Shown here in pieces: positions 29,983 to 40,111 of a DNA stretch of 64,000 bases. Source of the DNA: an uncultured Clostridia bacterium (GTDB taxonomy: Bacteria; Bacillota; Clostridia; Lachnospirales; Lachnospiraceae). Location of the stretch: the NCBI GenBank assembly GCA_937895705.1, contig CALBKM010000011.1:1874-65873 (forward strand), in the 5' to 3' direction. Within the stretch, counting starts at the first letter, position 1. Each line of letters begins with the position of its first letter. A program made the position numbers and the translations under genes. The notes beneath the pieces were generated by a model. That model searched no databases and was not told the origin of the DNA. It saw only the letters and a program-made list of their open reading frames with translations.

Positions 29983-31113
29983 ATGAAAAAACTGCTTATT
30001 GTTAATGATAATCTGGAATTGGGCGGGATACAAAAAGCGTTAATCAATCTGCTGAAAGCCATGAATAAGGAGTATGAAATTACGCTTCTTTTGCTGCATA
30101 GTAGCGGGGCGTTGCTTGCAGAGGTTCCGGAAAATGTTCAGGTACTTTCTGCTAATAGATGGTTAGGTGTTTTGGGGGCCCACCGCAGCAGATTAAAGAG
30201 AAAGAAAATTGAATATTTGTGGAAGGGATTTCTTTGTGTCCTGGCAAAAATTGTATCAAAGAGTTTCGCTGTAAAGGTTGCGGGGCTGTTCCAAAGAAAG
30301 ATTACCGGATATGATACGGCTATTTCCTTCTCGCATGCCAGCTGTGAACCGATGCTTACCAGTTGTTGCGCAGAGTTTGTTTTGGGAAAGGTTGATGCAA
30401 AGACAAAGATTTGTTTTATACATTGCGATTATTCTTATGAAAGCAATCATAGCCAATATACAAATCGCTTGTATTCAAGGTTTAGCAGAATTGCGTGCTG
30501 CTCGGAGTCGGTTAGGAGACGGTTTTTGGAAGTGATTCCGCATATGGAAGGAAAAACCTATGCGGTTCGGAATTTTTTTGATAGATCATTCGGTGATGAT
30601 GAAAGCAGTTATGAATACGATCAGGATTTTATTAATATAGTTTCCGTTGCCCGGATGACAGAAGAAAAGGGACTGGAACGTGCGGTACAAGCTGTGGCAT
30701 CCTGCGGAAGAAGTGATATTCGTTATTATATTGTGGGAGACGGACCGGAAAGAGAGAATATTGAGAATGCGATTAAGAAAGGCGGAGTGCAGGAAAGCGT
30801 TTTTTTGCTTGGTAGCTCCGATGTGCCCGCGAGATATATGAAAAAGGCGGATTATTTGTTTGTGCCTTCTTTTCACGAGGCGGCACCGATGGTTTTCGAT
30901 GAGGCTAAATTGTTGGGAACTTGTGTGCTGACAACGGATACAACTTCTGCGAAGGAGATGATAGCAAGGGAGGATGGTTTTATTTGTGAAAACAGTAATG
31001 AGGGACTGGTACAGATGTTGCGTAGGATAGAAAAAGCAGATAAGAAAGCGAAAACAGAAGTTACGAATGACTTACAAAGAAAACAGTTTATCAAGTTATT
31101 GGAGGAAAAATGA
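29983..31113 (+). CDS. Glycosyltransferase family 4
   Basis: MKKLLIVNDNLELGGIQKALINLL; FVPSFHEAAPMVFDEAKLLGTCVLTTDTTSAKEMI. GGAGG lies 5 nt upstream of the ATG at 29983. Confidence 0.8.
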   Translation: MKKLLIVNDNLELGGIQKALINLLKAMNKEYEITLLLLHSSGALLAEVPENVQVLSANRWLGVLGAHRSRLKRKKIEYLWKGFLCVLAKIVSKSFAVKVAGLFQRKITGYDTAISFSHASCEPMLTSCCAEFVLGKVDAKTKICFIHCDYSYESNHSQYTNRLYSRFSRIACCSESVRRRFLEVIPHMEGKTYAVRNFFDRSFGDDESSYEYDQDFINIVSVARMTEEKGLERAVQAVASCGRSDIRYYIVGDGPERENIENAIKKGGVQESVFLLGSSDVPARYMKKADYLFVPSFHEAAPMVFDEAKLLGTCVLTTDTTSAKEMIAREDGFICENSNEGLVQMLRRIEKADKKAKTEVTNDLQRKQFIKLLEEK

Positions 31114-31832
31114 TACCTAAGGTGATTCATTATTGTTGGTTTGGGAAGAATCCGTTACCCAAAATGGCGCAGAAGTGTATAAAGAGTTGGAAAAAGTACT
31201 GCCCGGATTATGAAATTGTTGAGTGGAATGAGGACAATTTCGATATTAATTGTTGTGCTTATGTGAAAGAGGCTTATGAGGAAAAAAAGTGGGCATTTGT
31301 AAGTGATGTTGCAAGGTTGTATGTGCTTGTTAAGCATGGAGGGGTTTACATGGATACAGATGTTGAATTACTAAAATCCATCGATCCGTTTCTTTCATAT
31401 GAGGCATTTTCCGGATTTGAATCTTCGGGGCAGATACCTACCGGAATTATGGCTTCGGAGAAAGAGCAAGTATTGTTTCGGGAACTTTTACAAGATTATG
31501 ACGGGATACATTTTCGGAAGGATGACGGAACGCTGGATTTAACAACTAATGTGCATAGAATAACAAATACTTGTCTGAAGTACGGGTTGACTTTGGATAA
31601 TGAAAAACAGACAGTACAAGGATTTACTTTTTTTCCGATGGATTTCTTCTGCCCTAAAGATGCAACAACACGCGAATTGAACCTTACAAAGAATTCTGTG
31701 GCCATTCATCATTTTGACGGAAGCTGGATGACATCAGACAGGAAATTGGTTAAGAATATTACGGAGATGTTTGGTTATCGTTTTACAAGTTTGTTAATAA
31801 AGATAAAGCATATATTTAAGAGGGGGAAATAA
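31110..31832 (+). CDS. Glycosyltransferase family 32-like (Gly_transf_sug / OCH1-type, DxD)
   Basis: IPKVIHYCWFG...P; WAFVSDVARLYVLVKHGGVYMDTDVE. Confidence 0.8.
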   Translation: MIPKVIHYCWFGKNPLPKMAQKCIKSWKKYCPDYEIVEWNEDNFDINCCAYVKEAYEEKKWAFVSDVARLYVLVKHGGVYMDTDVELLKSIDPFLSYEAFSGFESSGQIPTGIMASEKEQVLFRELLQDYDGIHFRKDDGTLDLTTNVHRITNTCLKYGLTLDNEKQTVQGFTFFPMDFFCPKDATTRELNLTKNSVAIHHFDGSWMTSDRKLVKNITEMFGYRFTSLLIKIKHIFKRGK

Positions 31833-32755
31833 TGAAGCTGCTAACGGTGTTTACACCTACATACAACAGAGGCTATTGCTTAAGAAATCTGTATGAGAGC
31901 TTAAAAAGACAAACCAGTAATAATTTCTTATGGTTAGTGATAGATGACGGTTCAAACGACAATACAAAAGAGTTGTGTCTTGAGTTTCAAAAAGAAAATA
32001 GGGTAGAGATGGTGTATTACTACCAACAGAACGGCGGAAAACATGTGGCGCATAATAAGGCGGTAGAGATTTGCCAAACAGAGTTATTTTTGTGTGTTGA
32101 CTCGGATGACATATTATCGGACCAAGCGGTTGAAACGATAGAAAAAGCATATAAAACAATAGAGACCGAGCACATTTTAGGCATGTATATGAGAAAAGAA
32201 TTAAAAAACGGCGAAAATGTAGCGAAAGCTTATCCGGACGGCATTAGCCGTGTCGGAATAACGGATTTGTATCATAGCTACGATTTTCAAGGTGATACGG
32301 CGATTGTACTAAGGACTTCATTGATAAAGAATTATTCTTTTCCGGTATATCAAGAAGAACGTTTTGTTTCGGAAATTGTATTTTACAATCAATTGAATTC
32401 CATAGCTCCGATGGTGTTGTTTGAGAACCCGATATATATCTGTGAATATTTGGAAGACGGTTATACTTATAATACGGAAAGATTGATGATCAGGAACCCA
32501 TATGGGTCTGCAACCGCGAATCTTTCAGAGGCGGTATATGGGAAAAAAATAGTATACAGAATAAAGAACTATGCACAGTATTTAGCATTTATTCGGTTGT
32601 TTCAAATGGATAGAGCCAGGATAGATATCGGAAAAATTCCTAATGCCTTTATTCGTATTGCTGCATACGGTATCAGAAAGCATTATGTCAGATTATTTGA
32701 AAGGATACGGAGTAAATATGAAAACGATAATGTTGGTATTCGGCACAAGACCTGA
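31832..32755 (+). CDS. Glycosyltransferase family 2
   Basis: LTVFTPTYNRGYCLRNLYESLKRQTSNNFLWLVIDDGSNDNT; CVDSDD. Confidence 0.88.
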   Translation: MKLLTVFTPTYNRGYCLRNLYESLKRQTSNNFLWLVIDDGSNDNTKELCLEFQKENRVEMVYYYQQNGGKHVAHNKAVEICQTELFLCVDSDDILSDQAVETIEKAYKTIETEHILGMYMRKELKNGENVAKAYPDGISRVGITDLYHSYDFQGDTAIVLRTSLIKNYSFPVYQEERFVSEIVFYNQLNSIAPMVLFENPIYICEYLEDGYTYNTERLMIRNPYGSATANLSEAVYGKKIVYRIKNYAQYLAFIRLFQMDRARIDIGKIPNAFIRIAAYGIRKHYVRLFERIRSKYENDNVGIRHKT

Positions 32756-33833
32756 AGCAATTAAAATGTGTCCGCTTGTAAATGAATTAAAATCAAGGGA
32801 TGGAATTTGTACGGTTGTTTGTGTAACAGGTCAGCATCGTCAGATGTTGGATCAGGTATTGGATGCATTCGGGGTTGTTCCGGATTATGATTTGTCCATT
32901 ATGAAGGACAAGCAGACCTTGTTCGATATTACCACAAGTATTTTAAACGGTATCGGAACTGTATTGGATGAAGTAAAGCCGGATGTGGTTTTGGTTCATG
33001 GAGATACGTCTACGACGTTTGTGACCGCGCTTGCATGCTTTTATAAGCAGATTCCGGTTGGCCATGTAGAGGCAGGTCTTCGTACATACAATATTTACAG
33101 CCCATATCCGGAGGAGTTTAATCGTCAGGCGGTTTCGATTATTTCTAAGTATAATTTTGCTCCGACGGAGCTTTCTAAGGAGAATCTGCTTCGTGAGGGA
33201 AAGGAAAAAAGCAGTATTTTTGTTACCGGTAATACTGCAATCGATGCACTTAAAACAACGGTACGTGAGACTTACAGTCATCCGGAGCTTGTGTGGGCAG
33301 AAGGAAGTCGTCTTATTTTGATTACGGCGCATCGTCGCGAAAATCTTGGCGTGCCGATGCATAATATGTTCCGTGCAATTCGTCGTGTGATGGAAGAACA
33401 TCCGGATGTTAAGGCAATTTATCCGATTCATATGAATCCGATAGTGCGTGCAGCCGCGGAGGAAGAGCTGGGCGATTGTGAAAGAATCCATATTATTGAA
33501 CCTTTGGAGGTTTTGGATTTTCATAACTTTCTGGCGCGTAGTTTTTTGATTTTGACAGACAGTGGCGGAATTCAAGAGGAGGCCCCTTCCCTGGGTAAAC
33601 CGGTGCTTGTGATGAGGGATACAACAGAGCGTCCGGAGGGAGTTGCTGCAGGGACGTTAATACTTGTAGGAACAGAAGAAGCATCGATTTATCAGAATTT
33701 CAAGAGTTTATTGGAAGATAAGAAGCTTTATGAAAAAATGGCTAAGGCAAGCAATCCTTACGGGGATGGATCGGCAAGTAAACGGATTGCGGATATTTTG
33801 GAACAAGAGATAGATGAGGAGGACATATCATGA
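32718..33833 (+). CDS. wecB: UDP-N-acetylglucosamine 2-epimerase (non-hydrolysing)
   Basis: [21 protein letters not shown]; [11 protein letters not shown]; HVEAGLRT; [30 protein letters not shown]. Overlaps the GT2 gene by 38 nt. Confidence 0.95.
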   Translation: MKTIMLVFGTRPEAIKMCPLVNELKSRDGICTVVCVTGQHRQMLDQVLDAFGVVPDYDLSIMKDKQTLFDITTSILNGIGTVLDEVKPDVVLVHGDTSTTFVTALACFYKQIPVGHVEAGLRTYNIYSPYPEEFNRQAVSIISKYNFAPTELSKENLLREGKEKSSIFVTGNTAIDALKTTVRETYSHPELVWAEGSRLILITAHRRENLGVPMHNMFRAIRRVMEEHPDVKAIYPIHMNPIVRAAAEEELGDCERIHIIEPLEVLDFHNFLARSFLILTDSGGIQEEAPSLGKPVLVMRDTTERPEGVAAGTLILVGTEEASIYQNFKSLLEDKKLYEKMAKASNPYGDGSASKRIADILEQEIDEEDIS

Positions 33834-34849
33834 CCATTTTAGTCACCGGCGGTGCCGGCTATATCGGGTCCCACACCTGTGTGGAACTACTTAATGCGGG
33901 ACATTCCGTGGTTGTGCTGGACAACCTTGCAAATTCCAGTGAGAAGTCCTTGGAGCGGGTGCGGCAGATTACCGGAAAGGAGCTTGCGTTTTACAAAGCG
34001 GATTTGCTTAATAAGGCTGCGGTGGATGCTGTGTTTGAGGCGCATTCGGTGGATGCGGTGATTCATTTTGCGGGACTGAAGGCTGTGGCGGAGTCGGTGG
34101 AAAAGCCCCTGGAGTATTATCATAATAATTTGACAGGCACCTTGAATCTTTGTGCCGCCATGCGGGAGCATGGCGTAAAGAATCTGATTTTCAGCTCCTC
34201 GGCTACGGTGTACGGCGAGTCGGAGACGGTTCCGGTAACGGAGCGGTGTGAGAAGAAGCGTCCCACCAATCCTTACGGCATGACCAAGTGGATGTTAGAG
34301 GAGATTCTCATTGATTTGCATACCGGGGACCCGGAATGGAATGTGATTTTGCTCCGCTACTTTAATCCTATCGGTGCCCATGAGAGCGGTCTGATCGGAG
34401 AGGATCCCAACGGTATTCCGAATAATCTGATGCCGTATATCGCCCAGGTGGCCATCGGAAAACGTCCGCAGTTAAATGTGTTCGGCAATGATTATGATAC
34501 GCCGGACGGCACCTGTATCCGGGATTATATTCATGTGGCGGATCTGGCTTCGGGGCATGTAAAGGCCCTCGCAAAGCTTCGGGAAAACTGTGGTGTGAAG
34601 ATTTATAATCTGGGCACAGGGAAAGGGTACAGTGTACTGGAGGTGCTTCATGCGTTTGAAGAAGCATGTGGAAAGAAGCTGCCTTATGTGTTTGCGGCTC
34701 GCAGAGCAGGAGATTTGGCAGTAAGCTTTTCGGACCCGGCGCTGGCGAAGGAAGAACTCGGCTGGGAGGCAAAGCGGGATATTTCCGCTATGTGCAGGGA
34801 TTCTTGGCGCTGGCAGAGCATGAATCCGAATGGGTATCGGGAAAAGTAA
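33830..34849 (+). CDS. galE: UDP-glucose 4-epimerase
   Basis: [19 protein letters not shown]; SSSATVYG; YGMTK; [10 protein letters not shown]; RDYIHV. Confidence 0.95.
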   Translation: MTILVTGGAGYIGSHTCVELLNAGHSVVVLDNLANSSEKSLERVRQITGKELAFYKADLLNKAAVDAVFEAHSVDAVIHFAGLKAVAESVEKPLEYYHNNLTGTLNLCAAMREHGVKNLIFSSSATVYGESETVPVTERCEKKRPTNPYGMTKWMLEEILIDLHTGDPEWNVILLRYFNPIGAHESGLIGEDPNGIPNNLMPYIAQVAIGKRPQLNVFGNDYDTPDGTCIRDYIHVADLASGHVKALAKLRENCGVKIYNLGTGKGYSVLEVLHAFEEACGKKLPYVFAARRAGDLAVSFSDPALAKEELGWEAKRDISAMCRDSWRWQSMNPNGYREK

Positions 34850-34995
34850 ACACTATCCGGGAAGCGGACAACGAACGCAATCTGCGGGAAAGCTAATGCA
34901 AACTGCGGGATTGTTTTCCCTTGACGGATGTGGTATAGTAACTTGTGGAATTAAGTACGGATAGTTTTTTATTATATATACAAAGGGGAATTGCT

Positions 34996-36243
34996 ATGAG
35001 AAGTTACAAAATTGCGGTAGCCGGTACCGGTTATGTAGGCCTTTCCATCGCTACGCTTTTAGCACAGCACAACGACGTGGTTGCGGTGGATATTGTACCG
35101 GAAAAGGTCGAGATGATTAATAACAGAAAGTCGCCGATTCAGGACGACTATATCGAGCAGTATCTGGCGGAGAAGGAGCTTTGCCTGAGGGCAACGTTGG
35201 ATGCCAAGGCGGCGTATTCGGGTGCGGAGTTTGTGGTGATTGCGGCGCCGACCAATTACGATTCCCAGAAGAACTATTTTGATACCTCTGCGGTGGAGGC
35301 GGTGATTCGTCTGGTTATGGAGTACAATCCGGAAGCAATCATGGTCATTAAGTCTACGATTCCGGTTGGGTATACGGAGAGCATCAGAGAGAAGACCGGA
35401 AGTAAAAATATTTTGTTCAGTCCGGAGTTTTTGCGTGAGTCCAAGGCTCTTTACGATAATTTGTACCCGAGCCGAATTATTGTCGGTACGGATATGAATG
35501 ACGCACGTCTTACCGAGGCTGCTAAGGTGTTTGCGGAACTTTTACAGCAGGGTGCCCTGAAAGAAGATATCGATACATTGTTTATGGGCTTTACGGAGGC
35601 GGAAGCGGTGAAGCTGTTTGCCAATACCTATCTGGCCCTTCGTGTGTCTTATTTTAACGAATTGGATACCTATGCGGAGATGAAGGGACTGGATACGCAG
35701 CAGATTATTAACGGCGTATGTCTCGATCCGCGTATCGGAGCCCACTACAACAATCCGTCCTTTGGTTACGGCGGATACTGCCTCCCGAAGGATACGAAGC
35801 AGCTCCTTGCAAATTACGCCGAGGTACCGCAGAATATGATGACGGCCATCGTGGAGTCCAACCGTACCCGTAAGGATTTTATTGCGGACCGTGTGTTGGA
35901 GAAAGCGGGATACTACAGTTATTCCGGCAATAATTCCTGGAATGCGGCACAGGAGAAGGAGGTTGTGGTCGGTGTGTACCGTCTGACCATGAAGGCCAAC
36001 TCTGATAATTTCCGTCAATCTTCCATTCAGGGTGTTATGAAGCGAATTAAGGCCAAAGGTGCAAAAGTAGTAATTTACGAACCGACGTTAGAGGACGGAA
36101 CCACCTTCTTCGGAAGCAAGGTGGTAAACGATTTGGAGGCATTTAAGTCTCAGAGTGATGCGATTATCGCAAACCGTTACGATTCTTGTCTGGATGATGT
36201 GCAGGAGAAGGTATATACGAGGGACCTGTTCCGGAGAGATTAG
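34996..36243 (+). CDS. ugd: UDP-glucose 6-dehydrogenase
   Basis: [47 protein letters not shown]; [14 protein letters not shown]. Start set at the ATG at 34996 (AAAGGGGA RBS). Confidence 0.92.
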   Translation: MRSYKIAVAGTGYVGLSIATLLAQHNDVVAVDIVPEKVEMINNRKSPIQDDYIEQYLAEKELCLRATLDAKAAYSGAEFVVIAAPTNYDSQKNYFDTSAVEAVIRLVMEYNPEAIMVIKSTIPVGYTESIREKTGSKNILFSPEFLRESKALYDNLYPSRIIVGTDMNDARLTEAAKVFAELLQQGALKEDIDTLFMGFTEAEAVKLFANTYLALRVSYFNELDTYAEMKGLDTQQIINGVCLDPRIGAHYNNPSFGYGGYCLPKDTKQLLANYAEVPQNMMTAIVESNRTRKDFIADRVLEKAGYYSYSGNNSWNAAQEKEVVVGVYRLTMKANSDNFRQSSIQGVMKRIKAKGAKVVIYEPTLEDGTTFFGSKVVNDLEAFKSQSDAIIANRYDSCLDDVQEKVYTRDLFRRD

Positions 36244-36285
36244 GAGATCGAATCCTTTGAGGAAAATAATTAAGATGACGTTTGT

Positions 36286-36316
36286 GGCCCGGAAGTGTTT
36301 CCGGGCCTCTTTTTTG
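36286..36316 (+). terminator. Intrinsic terminator ending the second polysaccharide locus
   Basis: Stem ggcccggaa/ttccgggcc followed by a T-run. Confidence 0.8.
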
Positions 36317-36318
36317 CC

Positions 36319-36347
36319 TTGCGTAACGCTTTGAAAAAGAGTATAAT
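36319..36347 (+). promoter_or_regulatory. Putative sigma-A promoter for the PP-loop/MurD-paralogue operon
   Basis: TTGCGT, 17-nt spacer, TATAAT (perfect -10). A ~125-nt leader follows. Confidence 0.5.
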
Positions 36348-36475
36348 GACCCTAGGTGTTTCCGCAATTTTGTAATCGTTTGCCGAAATCGCGGAAAACA
36401 TAGTTCCGTTTCGGCGGGAATATACTATGATAGTGTAATTGATATTATGTATGTGAATGGTAAAGAGGACAGTGT

Positions 36476-37852
36476 ATGGATTTTTTTTCTTTAAGAGAAC
36501 AGTACAAGGAGTTTGTTTATAAAGGTTTTTGTTACGGAACGGAGGACGGTTTTTACAAGGCGACCTTTTCTTATGAGATTCCGGGATTGTCGGAGTTTGA
36601 GACGGTGTGGAAGTTTCCGGATGCGGGGAGAACGGTGGATGAGACGATTTTGCACCGGCTGTTGTTCGAACTTGGTATGGCGGAGGCCATCAGTTACTGG
36701 AAGGTGACTTGTGCGCCGGTACTTCGTGTGGCGTGCGGAACGCTTACGGAGTGGCAGAATAAATGGTGGCGGAAGCTGTTTTACAACGGTCTCGGAGAGT
36801 TTATGTATATAAATGGGATCGAGGTGTCGGAAGAGGAACTTCTGACCATTGTGTGCGGACCGGTAGGCGGCGGAAACGGCGATGGCGCAGACTGTAAAGC
36901 CGGCACGAAGCCGGAAGCTGCTTTTACCGTTAAGCTTATTGATCGTGCATCATACACCGGCTGTCTTGTACCGGTGGGCGGCGGAAAGGATTCCGTGGTT
37001 TCCATGGAAGTGCTTCGGAACGAGGATGTGACGATTTATCGTATTAATAAGGATGCTACGGTGGAGAATGTATTGGCTGCAGCGGGACGGGAGTATAAGA
37101 CCTGCTTTGTAAACCGCAGACTGGACCCGCGGATTCTGGAGATGAACAAGCGGGGATTTTTAAACGGCCATATTCCGTTTTCCGCGGTGGTGGCGTTTTC
37201 TACTTTTGTTTCCGCATACTTGCAGGGGATTCGGTATATTGCGTTGTCTAATGAGTCCAGTGCCAACGAGTCTACGGTGGCGGATTCTTTCGTGAATCAT
37301 CAGTATTCCAAGAGCTATGAGTTCGAGCGGGATTTTATGGAGTACATCGGCAGTTTCCTTACCACGGACATCCGGTATTTCAGTCTGCTGAGACCGCTTT
37401 CGGAGTTGCAGATTGCGTTTTTGTTTTCTAAGTATACAAAGTATCACAAGGCGTTCCGCAGCTGTAATGCGGGTAGCAAGCAGGGAATCTGGTGTTGTAA
37501 TTGTCCGAAGTGTTTGTTTGTGTATATTATTTTGTCTTCCTTCCTGTCGGAGGAGGCCCTGACGGAGATTTTCGGAGAAAACCTTCTCGATGCGGAAAAG
37601 AGCGAGAAGTATTTCAGGGAGCTGACGGGACTTGATGAAAATAAGCCGTTCGAATGTGTGGGAACGAGAAGCGAAGTGGTGATGTCCTTAAAGAAGTATT
37701 TGGAAAAGGGCGGTACGGCGCTGTTGCCGGTGAAGTATGCCGCCTGGATTGCCGAACAGCCGGGAAATGTGGATGAGGCGCTTCTTGAGTGGAACGCCTT
37801 ACACAATGTGCCGGAGGAGCTGTTGGCTGTACTGAAAGAAGAGTTAGTGTAA
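36476..37852 (+). CDS. Uncharacterised PP-loop-like ATP pyrophosphatase-fold protein with a C-terminal Cys cluster (candidate MurL-like UDP-MurNAc-L-Ala-L-Glu epimerase)
   Basis: LVPVGGGKDSVVS (an SGGxDS-type PP-loop variant, nt 36977-36994) and CNAGSKQGIWCCNCPKC. 458 aa, co-oriented with and 63 nt upstream of a MurD paralogue. The functional call is inference. Confidence 0.45.
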   Translation: MDFFSLREQYKEFVYKGFCYGTEDGFYKATFSYEIPGLSEFETVWKFPDAGRTVDETILHRLLFELGMAEAISYWKVTCAPVLRVACGTLTEWQNKWWRKLFYNGLGEFMYINGIEVSEEELLTIVCGPVGGGNGDGADCKAGTKPEAAFTVKLIDRASYTGCLVPVGGGKDSVVSMEVLRNEDVTIYRINKDATVENVLAAAGREYKTCFVNRRLDPRILEMNKRGFLNGHIPFSAVVAFSTFVSAYLQGIRYIALSNESSANESTVADSFVNHQYSKSYEFERDFMEYIGSFLTTDIRYFSLLRPLSELQIAFLFSKYTKYHKAFRSCNAGSKQGIWCCNCPKCLFVYIILSSFLSEEALTEIFGENLLDAEKSEKYFRELTGLDENKPFECVGTRSEVVMSLKKYLEKGGTALLPVKYAAWIAEQPGNVDEALLEWNALHNVPEELLAVLKEELV

Positions 37853-37915
37853 TGGCATGTATGGGGAATTGGTTGAAAGATATGCTGTCCGGGGGGCGGC
37901 GGATTGGAGATTCGG

Positions 37916-39163
37916 ATGAATATTGTACAATATCTGAACGGAAAGAGAATACTGATTTGGGGCTACGGCAGGGAAGGAAAGTCTACAGAGAGTTTTCTTG
38001 AGACTTACTGCGCACCGGCCTCGGTGGAAATATATGAAGGGGACAAAGCCGGTATTGATGAGGCAAAGTATGATTTGATTATCAAGAGCCCTGGGATTCC
38101 GATGCTTGAATATCATCCGAAGTATACGTCTCAGACGGAGTTGTTTTTGGGACAGTTTAAAAACAGAGTCATCGGTGTGACCGGAACCAAGGGAAAGAGT
38201 ACCACTGCCACAATGCTGCACCATGTGCTTGATACGTGTTCGGGGCATAAGACGTTGCTTCTTGGTAATATCGGTAAGCCATGCCTGGATTATTACGGCG
38301 AGATGGAAGGGGATACCCTGGCGGTGTTTGAGCTTTCCTGCCATCAGCTGTTTCATACAAAGGTATCACCACACGTGGCGGTGCTTTTAAATATTTTTGA
38401 GGAGCATTTGGACTACTACAAGACCATGGAAAACTATGTGGCATCAAAGCATGCCATTGCAAAATATCAGGAGCCCGCGGACTTTCTGTATTGCGGTGCC
38501 GGTGTGGATTTGACCGGTATTGCGGCAGCGGGAAAGCGGACGGTGATTGCGCCGGTTACGGAAAAAAAGTATGCGCTTCGGATTTTGGGCGAACAGAATC
38601 AATACAATGCGGAGTTCGTGTACCGGATTGCTACGGAGGTGTACGGCTGTGACGGAGAGGCGGTAAAGGCGGCACTCGGGGAAGTGGGCAATCTTCCGCA
38701 TCGCTTGGAGTTCATCGGAGAGAAGAACGGCGTACGGTATTACGACGATTCCATAGCTACCATTCCGGAGGCGGTGATTTGTGCTGTGGCGGCCATCGAG
38801 AATGTGCAGACGGTGATTATCGGCGGCATGGACAGGGGAATTGATTACAGTGTGCTGGAGACGTTTGTGAAGGAGAATCCGCAGTATACCTATATTTTTA
38901 TGTATGCTACCGGAAAACGGATTTATGGTGCACTGACAAGCGCTGAGAGCGATTTGGTTGCAGCGGACGGTACGAGTAAACCCATGTATGGAAAGGATAA
39001 GAATTGTTTCCTTGTGGAGACTTTGGAGGAAGCGGTAGCTCTGGCAAAGAAGGTCACGGTACCGGGGAAGGCTTGTGTGATGTCTCCGGCGGCACCGTCT
39101 TACGGGGTGTTCAAAAACTTTGAAGAACGCGGGGAAAAGTTTAAAGAGTATGTGATGAGATAG
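37916..39163 (+). CDS. MurD-type Mur ligase paralogue (UDP-N-acetylmuramoyl-L-alanine--glutamate ligase family)
   Basis: RILIWGYGREGKS (MurD N-terminal Rossmann); VIGVTGTKGKSTTATML (Mur ligase P-loop); NIFEEHLDYY; C-terminal ...SPAAPSYGVFKNFEERG. It is not in a dcw (mraY-murD-ftsW) context. Start set at the ATG at 37916 (GGAG, 6-nt spacing). Confidence 0.8.
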   Translation: MNIVQYLNGKRILIWGYGREGKSTESFLETYCAPASVEIYEGDKAGIDEAKYDLIIKSPGIPMLEYHPKYTSQTELFLGQFKNRVIGVTGTKGKSTTATMLHHVLDTCSGHKTLLLGNIGKPCLDYYGEMEGDTLAVFELSCHQLFHTKVSPHVAVLLNIFEEHLDYYKTMENYVASKHAIAKYQEPADFLYCGAGVDLTGIAAAGKRTVIAPVTEKKYALRILGEQNQYNAEFVYRIATEVYGCDGEAVKAALGEVGNLPHRLEFIGEKNGVRYYDDSIATIPEAVICAVAAIENVQTVIIGGMDRGIDYSVLETFVKENPQYTYIFMYATGKRIYGALTSAESDLVAADGTSKPMYGKDKNCFLVETLEEAVALAKKVTVPGKACVMSPAAPSYGVFKNFEERGEKFKEYVMR

Positions 39164-39204
39164 AAAACGCCTATGTCGCATCAGAGCGGCATAGGCGTTT
39201 TTTT
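39164..39204 (+). terminator. Intrinsic terminator after the MurD paralogue
   Basis: 12-bp stem aaaacgcctatg/cataggcgtttt followed by a T-run. Confidence 0.75.
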
Positions 39205-39253
39205 GTGTGATAGAATGATGTTGTAGGCAGAACATCATACTTAGAGGCTGCGC

Positions 39254-40111
39254 TTACATTTTTGATGTGGCCGGAGAAGTAGTCGGTACCGGCCCCGGGG
39301 TATCGGTGTTGTCCGGCTGCGGGGGCGTCGTGTTTTCTTTTACATGCTGCCGGCCCTCATGGTCCATCTCATAATTTTCCTTATGTATCAGTTCCGAAAT
39401 CGGTACCAGTTCATAGCCTTTTTCTTTTAATCCCAGAATGACAGCTTCCAATGCCGCCGGAGTATACTTTGCACCGTTGTGCATGAGGATGATGGAGCCG
39501 TTGCTCAAATGCTTATGCTCCAGAACCTTTTTAATAATAGCGTCGGAGCCGTAGTCTTTCCAGTCAAGGCTGTCAATGTCCCATTGCACGCAATGATAAC
39601 CCATGTCCTGACATACTTCGATGAGCGTGTTGTTATAATCTCCGTAAGGCGGTCGGAACAGATTCATCTCCACACCGGTCAATTCCTTGATACGATCATG
39701 AGCTTTTTGTAGCTCTGTACGGCATTGTTCTGCGGAAAGTTGGGACATCTGTTTGTGGTTTTCGCTGTGATTGCCCAGGTCGTGGCCATCCGCCAAGATG
39801 GCTTTTACGTCATCCGGATACTTATTCATCCACTCGCCGGTCATGAAAAAGGTGACTTTGACGTTGTGTTTCTTGAGGATGGCCAGGAGGTTGCGGGTGT
39901 CTTCATTCCCCCACGCCGCATCAAAGCTGAGCGACACTTTTTTCTCCTCCGTATCTACACAGTAGATCGGGAGCTTCTTTGCCTTGCCTGCGGTAGGGAT
40001 GGTATCGTTTAAAAGTTTACTGCCCGCGAAAAGGAAAAAGGCGATGGAGAAAAGAAAGAGGGAGTATTTTACGATGCGGTAGACTTTGGTTGGGTTTTCG
40101 TCTGGATTCAT
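39254..40111 (-). CDS. Polysaccharide deacetylase (NodB homology domain, PdaA/PgdA-like), membrane-anchored
   Basis: N-terminal TM, then LSFDAAWGNEDT, VKVTFFMTGEW, DGHDLGNHSENH, RPPYGDYN and ILMHNG. Pro/Thr-rich C-terminal tail. Confidence 0.9.
   Translation of the reverse strand: MNPDENPTKVYRIVKYSLFLFSIAFFLFAGSKLLNDTIPTAGKAKKLPIYCVDTEEKKVSLSFDAAWGNEDTRNLLAILKKHNVKVTFFMTGEWMNKYPDDVKAILADGHDLGNHSENHKQMSQLSAEQCRTELQKAHDRIKELTGVEMNLFRPPYGDYNNTLIEVCQDMGYHCVQWDIDSLDWKDYGSDAIIKKVLEHKHLSNGSIILMHNGAKYTPAALEAVILGLKEKGYELVPISELIHKENYEMDHEGRQHVKENTTPPQPDNTDTPGPVPTTSPATSKM

Noticed and set aside
32943-33575. 210-aa minus-strand ORF
   Set aside because: It is an antisense shadow within wecB.
38444-39238. 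264-aa minus-strand ORF
   Set aside because: It is antisense to the well-supported MurD paralogue. Its composition is His/Arg-rich and low-complexity, and there is no RBS.
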